Source of the DNA: the human T2T-CHM13v2.0 reference genome, Homo sapiens | Length of the DNA stretch: 64,000 nt | Reading direction: 5' to 3' (one strand) | Assembly: GCF_009914755.1 (NCBI RefSeq) | Contig: NC_060935.1 | Shown here: positions 29,434 through 41,159 of the stretch, piece after piece | Layout: every line of letters begins with the position of its first letter | Numbering within the stretch: position 1 is the stretch's first letter | Made by a program: the position numbers and the translations under genes | Notes under the pieces: model-generated | Told to the model about the DNA's origin: nothing | What the model saw: the letters and a program-made list of their open reading frames with translations, nothing else | The model's database searches: none

Positions 29434-30305
29434 AATGCTGCACTTTTAAGTACGGGTTCAGTATAATGATAGCTATAGTGTTTTATGACTCCTAAAGACT
29501 GAGAGGCCAAAGCCAAAAGATGATACTGTAACTGTACAGAGAGCAATGTCAATTCATACAAGCATGAACCTTTCTGGTTTATCAAGTGTGTGCTTGGACA
29601 TAAAGTGCCAGTTAGGTGTTTCACCCTTTGTAGGGATGAGAAAACTGAGGCCCAGTGCGCTGAAGTCACACAGCAGTCAGCTGGGACAAAACCCAGGTTT
29701 TCTGAATCATGCTAGCGGACTACACCTGTAGACAGGAGGCCACTCAAGAAAGCCCAGTTGACCTCCAGGGGAAGGGACAGGAGGGAGGAGCTAGTGACCT
29801 GAGCCCATGGGCCTTCACACTGGGCAGCTGCCTCTGCGACCTGGACCAATCTGCTCACTCCTCTCACACCACCTGCTTTTAATTTGCCCCCAGTTGTATC
29901 AGCTACTGTGAACTCCTGCCTTGGACAGAACACAAAACGAACACACTCCCACCAGTAGTGAACAAGCTTGTTGCTAGGTTTGGTGGATGTGTCTCTGAGC
30001 ATGGCCTGGGAGAAGCCTCAGCCAACTAAAGGAGAAAGGGCATGCCAGGCAAGGAGGACATAGGAACAAGGGAATAGAGGCAAATGCTGAGTCTTCATGG
30101 AACCCAAAACCAGAGCAGACATACTAAACCTGCATAGTTTAGTGTGATGGTCAAAGCAGCAGTAGGCCTCAGGCAGGATGCCAGGGTAGCAGAGGTTGGG
30201 TCAGACTGGTTGTAATGAGCACCACAAGAAAGATAGCAGGTGAGATGAGAATGGTGGTAGCAGAGGAGAAAAGGGTAGGTCCAGAGTCCCAGATGAATGC
30301 AATCC

Positions 30306-30497
30306 AGTGGTGTGCTGATGCATGCTTAACGACCAAGTCTTTGGGAAAATGCCCTGATTTGTAGTGTTTGCCAACATCCATGGTACAAATACTCCCATTG
30401 TGGCTGACTTCAAGCTACCAATGCAGTGTCTCTGAACTCAGAGTTGGGAACAGATGTACAGAATCTCTTGCAAGCCAGGACAAGTTGACTCCACTGG
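30306..30497. mobile_element. hAT-type MER (MER63-like)
   Basis: cagtggtgtgctg...aaatactcccattgtggctgacttcaagctaccaa...ccactg termini. Confidence 0.6.
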
Positions 30498-33400
30498 TGT
30501 AGTCCAATCCCAAATATGGGCCTGCTGGGAAAACTCACTCTAGCAGCACCACAAAGAGCTAAGCCTGGAAATGGGAGGACACCTTGCATGTCTCAGTGTC
30601 CTCCAACTCCAGACAGGACAGGCAAGCAAGATGGGACACATGCCATAGGAACCTCTGGGGCTTCTCCACTTCCAAAGGCCCAGGACAGGTGAGTGTCCCT
30701 CAGCACCTTTCACCTTACATCTGAGGATAGAACTGCATCTTCTGGGCTGTCAGTAGGCTGGCAAGGGGCATAACTGGGACACCCAAGCACGTGGTCCGTG
30801 GTCCCAGTCCAGCTGATGTTTGCTGTAATCAGAGTTTTCTACCACCTAGCCTCATCACGCCTCAGGGCTAGGGCAGAAGGCATGGCAAAAAGATGCTGAT
30901 GCTCTAGGCTCCAATTCCCCATGGAACCCTAGGCAGCCCTTTTGCCCTGTTTAAACCTCAACCTTCCCCCTATAAATGGAGGAACTTGCAAAGAGTGGTC
31001 CTAGAGACCTCTTCCCAAGGTGCCACCTGTCTTGGTGATCTGGACGTGGGCGAGTAGTGAGGTCAGCCTGCCTCCCAGGCAGCAATGATTAAGGACCATG
31101 ATAAATAAACTGGCAGAGTGAGGGTGCAGGCCCAGTGCTTGCCAGCAAACAAAGCACTGGACTGGACACAGAGTTATTTCAGATCATACTGTAACTGAGC
31201 ATGGAGCAATGTTGCTCCACACAGCCATGAGGCTTTCTGGCTTATCAAATGTGTACATGGACAGTACCTCACTTAATCCTGAATACAATCCTGCCAATTA
31301 GATATGGCTGTTCTCACTGTAGAGACGAGAAGGTAGAGAGGCAAAGGTTTGGAAGCAAAGCAACCTCTACACTGGGTGGACATGGAACACAAAATCACAG
31401 TGGACATATTGGACCTACATAGCTTAGTGCAATGATAGAGGTGGCAACAAGTCAAACAGTGCCTGGCACACTGGGACACCTCTACCTTCTGCCCTAACAT
31501 CTTCCAATCTTCTCAATGTCCCTGATCAGGGCTTTCTGGGAGGCCCTCTGGACCCTGGAGATGGATCCAACAACAGCCTTGGCCTCCCTGCTATATGGGG
31601 GCACAGCTCTGGAGGGAGCTCCTAACTCCCTGGGCCTGCATCTGCTCTAGACCCCAACGTGGCTCAAGGCACTCACCCCCAGCCTTCCCTAGCTGCACCA
31701 TCACGGCTCTGTCTTCTGCTCAGACAGCCCAGCCCGTCTAGCCATGGCCACTTCCCAACTCTGGCAGCTTCGCCCTGGGCCATGGCTGAACCTCGTGTTT
31801 CCTTTGCCCATGACCACAGGGAGTCAACTGCCAGTGCTCACTGGCAATCATCCATCTGTTCCAAGGTTGAGAGACCAAAATAGACCTCCTCTTGGTCCTG
31901 CCCACAAATAGAGCCTGCTGTGAAGTTCCTTAAATGGAAGCTTATGGGGCAGCTGCCTGGTCTGACTCTGAGACACAGGGTGACACAGGGTGGGGGTAAG
32001 GAATCAATTACTCGGGAGGGATGAGAAGCGGGTCCCAGCTCTAGGGAAACATACATTTTCATGTGCTAAAGGCATCTTTGAGGACATGTTCAGAAACAGA
32101 CAGCAAGAGAAAAAGGCAGTTCCCACAGCCACAGAGGCCAAGTGAGTGGTCATGCCAGCACTGAGCCCCGGCATCCAAAGGGTGAAGCTTTTAGGCGAGC
32201 AGCGGCCAGTGATCTCAGCTTCCCCCAGTCCTAATGCTCCTGAAAGGCTCTCTCCTGCTCCCTGTAATTGGGCATCAGTAGTTAATGCAGTATTGACTGC
32301 ATTACACGCTCCCGTGCCTCCCCTCGCTAATGCCAATTGCATCACCTTGTACAGTCACTGGCTTGCTTAGCCAATAGCCGTTAAAAGCAATCCAAATCAT
32401 GAATCATATGGGAAACTTTTAGCAAGACACCGCCATCCAAGGAGACAATTTACAGTTGAGTTAATCTGGGTACATTAGCGAGACATGGATTCCGGACGAC
32501 AGACCAATTTATGTTGTTTCCCTGTCCCCCCTTAGTGCTGCTCTGTGTGAGCAAATGAATGGAAGAGCAGGGAACAGAGAGAAGCACCTGCTTCTTCACC
32601 CAAGGCTCGGGTGTGTGTGTGGGGTTGGGGGGCGGGTTACCCATCTTTACAGACACTCTGCCTGGCTAAGTTTGGGCAGGAAGGGGAAGTGGCTGTATGT
32701 GCAGCTCAGGATGTGATGCCTCATTCCCAGCAGAAAGGAGGGCTGCCGCTGGGGCTGGTCATGGTAGATGCAGATGGTAACCCTCCCGCTCCCCTGCTTC
32801 TAGGCACTGGGCAAGTGCACAATTTGGTCCCCACCCTGCCAGACTCACAAGGCCTTTACCAGGCCTCAGCAGGCAGCAGTGTCCACTTGGCTCCGCCTTC
32901 CTGCTGATGGGCTGGGGTCTCTGGCATGGAACAGCATCAGGGCCTGCCTCCCTCTCCAGGGTTGGGACGGTCATGAGCACACTCTGCCAGGAGAGGCCCC
33001 TGGGATTCTCTGTGGTCTAGAACATGAGTGTCTATCCTAGGAAATCCTACTGGTGGCCCAGCAAGGGCTGGTTGGTACCCAAGCATAGCCATGCGCCGGC
33101 TCTGGTGGATTAACTGAGTCGGCTGTGGAATTTGTGCTCCTAGCAGTCATTAACAATTGAAGACTCCGCTGTCTGGTCCTCCTCAGTCCAGCTTCACTCT
33201 CTTGGGCATTTTTACTTATTAAAAATGCCCTAGGAATCATGTCTGGTGTTTAGTTCCACAACCCGCCTGCTGCTTCCTGTGGTCACCCCCACCTTCCTGC
33301 TGGGCCTTTGCAAAGGCCGTTTATACCCAGCCCTGCCCTTCTCCTGTGTGCACCTGAGAGCATCCCAGCATCCCCAGCTGGATGCCCCAGCCTCCTCTCC

Positions 33401-35879
33401 TGCCCAGTCCCCCACAGACCAAAGCTCTCACTGTTCTTGGGCCCTCTCAGACTCTCTGCTGTCTGCTCCTACTCAAAGGCCTCTTCTCGAACAGCCCAGG
33501 GGCTCATTTGACTTGGGTAGCATTCAGAGCTGTAGCTCTCCTTGCTCCCTTGGGATTTTAACCCTCCCAAAAAGCTCACCACCTGGTGCCAGCCCAAGCC
33601 GCAGGTGCCAGGGGAAGAAGGGCTGTTTCTCCGGGAAAGTTGGAGCTCAGTTCCATTTCGCTGACAGGCAGACCCAGCAGCATGTAGAAAGCCCGGACCC
33701 TGAGTTCCAGTAAAGTGGAGATGGCTAGGCCAAGAGCAAGCATCCAAATGAAAGCAATTAATCTTAAAACCCGAAGTTTAACCGTTTGCAAAACAGATCT
33801 TTCCGTCTCTGTGGTGACCCTTCACTGCTCGACCTAATGGATTACTTTATTAATAATGCACTGTGCTTAAAAGCAAAAAAAAATTTTTTTTTCTGACGAT
33901 TCAATACTTCAGAAAGTCTCTTAAACCCGTTGCTACGGCAAAACGATTGATATTTTATTATCTTTCAGAAGTGCAACATGAAAGCCCTGCAGCCCAGCAG
34001 AGCGGGAGCTTTGGTCCTCGGCAGCTGGCAGACCCGACTTCAACCAGAGGAGCCCCAGCCTCTCCAGACAAGATGCTGTCAGGTGGAGAAAAGGCGTTGG
34101 GGGTGGTTAATAGCAGCCCTGAGTCCCTGCTGCAGCCAGACAAAAGGTGCCGTATGCAGGGAACGCACCCTTTGGGGGAGCCGGGGGGTGGGGGAATGCT
34201 GCCACCCAGTTCAGATACCCACCTGCTGAGAGGGCAGAAGCGTTCAAGAAGAAGATAGGTGGTTGGTTTGGAGGAGCAGATGAGTGGATCCAGAACCTTT
34301 CTCCCTCCCCCAATTGAAGATGCCATCTTCAAGGTTTCCTGGAACTATGGGAGGCCAGACTCCTCTTAATAGGGAGTGGAGAGCAGATGCATGAGCAGAA
34401 ACGTCGCTTTTGAAAGACAGCTATGGGCTGGGTAGGACAAGAATAGGTGGCTGCTTAGGACACCAGTGGATGTGCTTGTGCTGTAATGGACCCCAGAGCC
34501 CAGCAGCTCCATGGTAGTGGGCACCATATTGTTTAGACTGGACAGGCTGGGGATGGAGGGGCATCTGGGGCTCTCTTCCACAGATCTAGCAGAAACCAGA
34601 AGAAACATCTGCCCAGGGTGCTTGAGGTACACTGCAATTTGGAGGCAGGGAGCTGGCTAAAATGACCTCCAGAAATCCATTCTCACTCAAGGCTCATCTG
34701 AAACCCTTTGTATTATCTCAGAGCCAGAGGCATCATGTGGTGCCTGGGCAGAGCAAGATCCTGGGTGCAGGTAGGGGGTGTCATCTTGTTGGCATGAGAC
34801 CAATCTCCCTGGCCTGAGGCCTCTCACGTACAGAGCCCGAGTCTTCTGGATTCCTGGCTTGGGCCTGGGGAGCCAAGTATGCCAAATAACCTCTGCTAAA
34901 GATGAACCTTGCATGCTCCCCATAGTGACAGTATCTCCAGGTACCAAGGAAGTACCCTCTCCCCTGGCTTCTCCAAGCCCTTCATTTTTACCAAGAGGGA
35001 AGGTGAACATGGGGAGTTCGTGATGAAAGGCACCAAATCAAGGTCTCTTCCCTCCCTGTCTGGCCCAACCCCAGACCCCTTCTTCTCCTTTTCATTCTAT
35101 ATGAAGTTCTCCGATGGCCTACATGGGGCTCCAGGGAAGGGGTCCGTGAATAGAGAAGACATATTGAAGATGATGTCCCACCCCAGCTAGCCCAGAAGCA
35201 CTGAGGTTCCCCCCATCCTCTCTCTTCCTACACACATACTGAGAGCCACAGGTCCTCCTAGATGCCACCCCCAGGCCAGATACTTCAAATTCCCCCTCCC
35301 TGCTGGATGTCTCAGAAGGCGGTAGCAGCCTGGGGGCATCGGCACCTGGCAGCGGCAATGCGAACATCCTGTGTGACCCTGAGCAAGTCACTTAGCTTTG
35401 CATTTTCACCAACTGGCCACATCAATAACAACGCTGCCCCAGGGACAGAGGGCTCAGGCCCAGCAGAGACTCCTGAACGGAAGGGCAGAGGATGGCCACT
35501 ACAGTCACTTTAAGAGGATTCCCGCTGACTCAAAGCAAACCTACCCTTTCGGTACCTCACCAATGGCAGAACGCCGGCGGCAGCGTGGGCACCAACAGTC
35601 ACATACAAATGCCCCTGCAACACCAACACACAGGCCTCACCTACAGGGCAGGAGGTCCTGGGACAGCCAAGGTACTGCCTCTCTCCTTACCCTGGGGACT
35701 CATCTTAGGGCACCCACTTGGCTTTCCCCCCAAGGGGGCTGGGATCCCCAGCCTTCTAGGACACTTAACTGCAGGGCACTCCCTGCCAGTAAGGCTTTGG
35801 GGTCTATGGGACCACCTGCTAGTGGCTTCCAGCAGCCATGGGCTCCTCTGTTCCGACCTTTCCCGTGCCCTGCAGTTTT

Positions 35880-37330
35880 CTAGGGCGCACTGAGGCTCGA
35901 CCACGGAAGGTCCGTGCCACTCTCGCAGGCCGCTCCCGCACAAGTGCTACCGGCCGGCGGCGGGACACTTTCTTCCTCTGGGCCAAACTCCCGCCTCCGC
36001 GCTCAGAGAGACAGGGAGCTAGCGGGCCGGCACAAGAGGCGGCTCTCTTTCTCACCGAGTCACGCTCATGCAGATGTCCCCCGGAGGGTCCAACCCGCCT
36101 TCCCCTCGCCTGCCGGGCACCCTGGCGCTCGCGCCGTCCTCCCGCGCTCCCGCTTGCCCCGAGCTCTGGAGCCCGATTCTCCCCGAAGCCGCTGATTTGC
36201 TCGGCGCTCAGCGCCTCTCGGGTTACGCGGCGGCTGGCGCGAGGGTGATGGCTGCGGTGAGAGCAGCAGCCTCAGACACGAAATGCTCAGAGCGAACCTC
36301 CGCGGCGCGGAGATCGCAAGGGAGCCCCAGCCTCCGCGCGGCCCCGCGGCGCAGCACACGGCCAGTGCACAGCTCCTCGGCTCGCGGCCGGGACCCGGGG
36401 GGCGTGCGGCCCCGGGCGCGTGCAGCCCGGGGCTCGACCTCCTCCCCCCGCAAGTTCCGCCCGGCTGTCCCCCGGTACTTCCCCCCGCCCCAGCCCCGGC
36501 CCCCAGCGCGCCGCCCGCCCCGCAATCCCCGCACAGCCCAGCAGGTGTGCGCCCGTGTCCCCGCGTGTGTGTGCCTGCGCGCCGCGGCGGGGGGCGAGGG
36601 GGTGAGGGGCGTCGAGACCCCGGCCCGCCACCTACCGTCCTCCTTGTCCAGCACCATCATCTCGGGCGCTCCGTGTCCAGCCGCAGCTAGGCTCGGCCGG
36701 GAGAAGGGCGCCGACTCGGGGCGCGCTTTGGCGGGGCGGCCGGTCCTCGGGCAGCTAGCGGGCTCTAATTACCCGCTTGTCCGGCTCTTAACCTAGATTG
36801 CACTCAGCTAGAATTACATTCAGGAGTGAAGCACTTCGCAGATACAAAAGCAGTCTCACCTACTTTTGTGCCTCCGAATTGGAAGGAACTACGAACTGCA
36901 ATTTAGAGAGAGAGGGAGAGGGAGAGAGAAGGGGGAAAAGAGGATCAGAGCCGTTTCTTTGATTCTCACCTTCTAAATGGCTCAATTTGCCCAGTATAAT
37001 CTGTCTTAATGTAATTGCATTTGATAGCTCATAACCCTGTCTCTGGCAACGACACAGCTTTCAGCCTCATAAAGTGTTTTCCCCTCGGATTTAATCTGAA
37101 TCTCAATCTAAAATTATATTCAAAGAGATGGGGGAATCTCGTGGCCGTCTCCCGCTGCCTTTCTCCCTCAATGTATGAGGTTTGCACTCCTGCTACTGCA
37201 TAAATGCACACATTTCCTGAGGCCTCCACCCTCCCGGGTTAATGGGGAGTGGAGACGCACGGCTGTCCGGCTCCGCAGCGCCACCTGGAGGCTTCTAGGT
37301 CCTAGCTCGGTGAGCGTCTTTGCTCCGATC
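35880..37330 (-). promoter_or_regulatory. LMO1: CpG island, 5' leader and proximal promoter of LMO1
   Basis: Dense CpG ~35880-36790 around the ATG, followed upstream by AT-rich TAAT-containing sequence (36960-37210) and a CTCF-like motif (37276-37291); exact TSS not readable from sequence. Confidence 0.85.
36636..36660 (-). CDS. LMO1: LMO1 proximal first exon, coding part (25 nt): MMVLDKED(G)
   Basis: ATG ATG GTG CTG GAC AAG GAG GAC G|gtaggt; phase 1 joins exon 2 in frame; inside CpG island. Confidence 0.96.
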
Positions 37331-37793
37331 CCAGGGTCGTGGTCTTCAATGATTGTCTGGAGGACGCATCCCATCTGTCACTCCCAGACCCTCAGCCTTG
37401 ATTTTTGTCTCTTCTTCAGAGCAATATTTCTCTGATCACATCCTTTTCCTTCCTACCAGTTCTGCCCGGGGTTTCGTGTTGCTTCCCGGATTGTTTGGCA
37501 AAGTTAACCCTCTTCAGGGCACAAACGATCCTACCCTGAGTCTTACAGCACTACTCCTGACCCCAGCAGCACCCCCAAAAGCATCCTGACTCCATGGAGC
37601 GGGAGAGCTTATCTCAACTTCTCTCGAAGCAAGCACAGGCATGGCCTTGAAAGCTTTTCTCATTCTACAAATATTTACTGAGCATGTATTATGTGCCAAG
37701 CACAGTTCTAAGGCACTAGGGATACAGCACTGAACAAAACAAAGATTCCTGCTGCTATTATGGAGTTGACGATTCTTGCTCTGTAACTCATAA

Positions 37794-38230
<437 letters not shown>

Positions 38231-40533
38231 GGAAGGCCACCTACTTTTAAATCCCAAGTCTTTTTTCTTTGCCTAGACAGTACAGAGTTCCAAGGTGGGA
38301 TAGAAATAATGATTTTTCTTCAGCCCAAGGAGGGCTCCAGACAGATGTGTTGGAGGCTTGGTCCTGGCAATCACTTCTGAGGACTAGACCCAGGGAAAGA
38401 GAAACGGGCTGAAGGGCCACCAGTTGGGATTCTATCTCATCTCTGCCAATTACCAACAGTGGACCTTAGCAAGTCTCTTTCTCTATCTGGGCCTCAGTTT
38501 CCTTGGCTGTGAGGTGGGAGACCTACTCTTCCTGTATCTATGGTTGCTGTGGGGGTCAGATGAGCTAATGCATGTTAATGTGCTTTGTAAACTGTGGCAC
38601 TCCAGACAATGCAGGGGGATGGGGGGAGATTATCTGGTTTGAAGGAGACCTGGAGGCTAGGTCTTACCCTTTAAGCCCTGGGAGGCCCCAGTGCTTGACA
38701 GGGATGGGGAGCAGCGGGCTGCAGCCATATTCCTCTCTGCTAGGCAGGGAAGTCAGGCTTTGAGAAAACAGAAAAGCGCTGCTTCTAATGAGATGCCTCA
38801 TCTGCAGCTCAGAGGGTTTCACTTTCCCCTTCATCTTGAATACTTAATCCTAATAGTCCTTGAGTATATTTGATGTTAAATATATCATTTTGCTCAGACT
38901 CACCAGCCTCAGGACTGCGAGCTTGATCTCTCCCCTGCCACTGCCGCCAGACCCATGCCCTCAGGGTCTGAGGGAGGCTTTGGCACCGCTGCCACCGGCA
39001 TATTTGGTGCCAGCCCCTCACACCCACCAGAGCTGGGGGCTAGACAGTGTAGCAAGCACAGGGCCTGACAGGCTGGCAAGGGGCAACTTCTTGCCGTAGA
39101 AACCTCTGTGCTACTGGAGGCGTTCACTCCATCGGGGCTGCATGCAGCCTTACTACTGACCTCCAGGGGCAGATTCTCCTCACTTTCAGGGGCTGGCCCT
39201 GACCCACAAACCAGGACTGGGCTAGCTGTGGCCACTCTTCCACTCTCTTGTCCACGAGTTTGTCTGAATACCAGCTCACCTCAGCCTCCAAGGTACCTAA
39301 TTGGCAGCCACATGACTGGCATCCCTTTGGGGAGTCAGGGCCCTGTGCCCCAAACCCAGGGACTGGAGCAGGCCTGGGGTGCTGAGCAATGGGCTGCAGA
39401 AGCAGGTAGGGCATGCCAGCAGGGGACTGGTGCTGTGTGTGCCCACAGGTGGCTCTTTCTGCACCCCCAGCTGTGAGCATGGTGCTCCCAAACTGATCTG
39501 GAGAGGAACCTTCACAGCAAGTCTTGGAGGGTTTGGGTGGCTTGAGCTTCCAGCCAGGAAGGGGCTTGCTGGGTTGACAGAGGCAGATAGAAACATCACT
39601 CACCCCATCTGATGGCCTCTCTCCACTCACTGGGCAAGCAAGTAACTCCCACCCCCATACTCGCCCCACCCCCATGCTCACCCCACCCAAGCTGCTTCTA
39701 GGTCCAGGGACACGCCCACAGCACCAGAGTGGAATCCTCAGATCCCCTGGGGCTGGGGGAGGTAGTTTTCCCCCAACACATTCCACAGGTGATGAGCATG
39801 TACTCTCACTTCGACAAGCCAAGAGTGCTCCAAAATGCCCTCGAAATGCCTCTGGGAATGGCAGGGAGAGGACAACTATCAATCCCCAAGGTTAGTTTAA
39901 GGAGAAAGTGGGTGCTACTGGCTGTCTTACAAATATCTGGGCAGGTCCCAGCAATTTGCCCCTCCACCTGGCAGGAAAGTCCCGAGGAAGAGTTCCTGCA
40001 TTAGGAGTGGGGGTGGGAGATAGTGGGACCCAGGGCCTGAGGGCCCAGGCCGACTAGATATTACAGAAGTCTTTGGTGGAGACTGTCAGATGTGCCTCAG
40101 CCAGAGGGCCTGCTCCCAACACAATGCAGCTGCCTCCAAGACGGAGTTACAAGCTAGCCACACAGGTGATGCTCAGAGAGGTATTGGGGTGACGAGGACC
40201 CCTTCTCTGTGGCCACCACAGTTGACAGGACAGAGTAAACCTACAGACTTCGCAGTGCAATCAGGATGCCTGCTGGCCATGTTCAGATGCCCTTCCCTTC
40301 CCCCTGCTTACACAAAAGCAGCCAATGCACAGGAATTTGCAACCCGCTGGAGTGAAGAAGTGCACAGTCGGCAAACTTTTCCTCTTTTGGTTTCTGGAGA
40401 GCCTGGACAGGCCTTCTTGCAAGCAGCAGTTATAGATTGTTAGGCCTTGTGGAGGCCTAAGCCAAATCTGCACCATAGCAAAGAAATCTCCCCTACCCCT
40501 GCACCACAGCCCTGAGAAGGTTTTGGGTGTGCA

Positions 40534-40641
40534 CTGACCAACTGTCCAAGTTTGCCTTGTGACTCAAGGGTTTCCTAGGATACAGGATGTTCAGTACTAA
40601 AATTGAGATCGTCCTGAGCAAACAAGGACAATTGATCACTA
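40534..40641. mobile_element. Small hAT MITE (MER81/MER94-like)
   Basis: Imperfect terminal inverted repeats tgaccaactgtccaagtttgc ... gcaaacaaggacaattgatca. Confidence 0.6.
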
Positions 40642-41159
40642 TAGTGAGTGGTGGTAGGATGGGTCAAGGGACTAGCTGGGCCAGAGAGGAAGGCCAGGCA
40701 GCCAGACCCTTTCCCTGCAGCCCAGAAGTTGCCTCTCAACCCCAAACCTTCCAGCCTCCTGCCCCAGCACTTCGTCCTTCAGGCACTAAGGGATTGTCCC
40801 AGCCTCGGCGGATGGTCTCTGGGTCAGCCAGAGCTGTGAGTTCTTCCAAGAGACTGGCAGTGGAAAGGGTAGGAGTTGGACCCAGGGATGGATGGAAATT
40901 TTGTGAGGTCCAAAGCTTACTGTAGTTTGGGCGTGGGGCTCTTTAAGAAAAGGACTACAAGACTACTAATACCAAATTACCACCAAGGACCTGGCAGCTG
41001 AAGGAACCTGAAGGACCCTAAACTTCATTAGCTTCAAGGTAAAACCGCCTCTAGTTGAACCTGATATTTTGGACTAGATGGCCCACCCACCTACCCCAGC
41101 CAGCGTGGCACCTCCCAACATGCCAGGCTGGGTGAACTGATGGCAGTTCCCTCCCTAGC

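Noticed and set aside
36628-36635. +4 shifted donors from GTAG|GT at both first exons
   Set aside because: The shifted sites (GTGGCG, GTGCCC) are poor consensus and would frameshift; no supporting evidence.
35819-36796. Long Arg/Pro/Ala/Gly-rich ORFs (e.g. 36068..36796, 242 aa; read-through 36223..36660)
   Set aside because: Stop-poor CpG-island sequence. Only the first 25 nt of 36660 match LMO1 and they end at a splice donor.
39124-39882. 252-aa minus-strand ORF between the two promoters
   Set aside because: No recognisable domain, non-ATG start, composition typical of random GC-rich DNA; would need PhyloCSF or Ribo-seq support.
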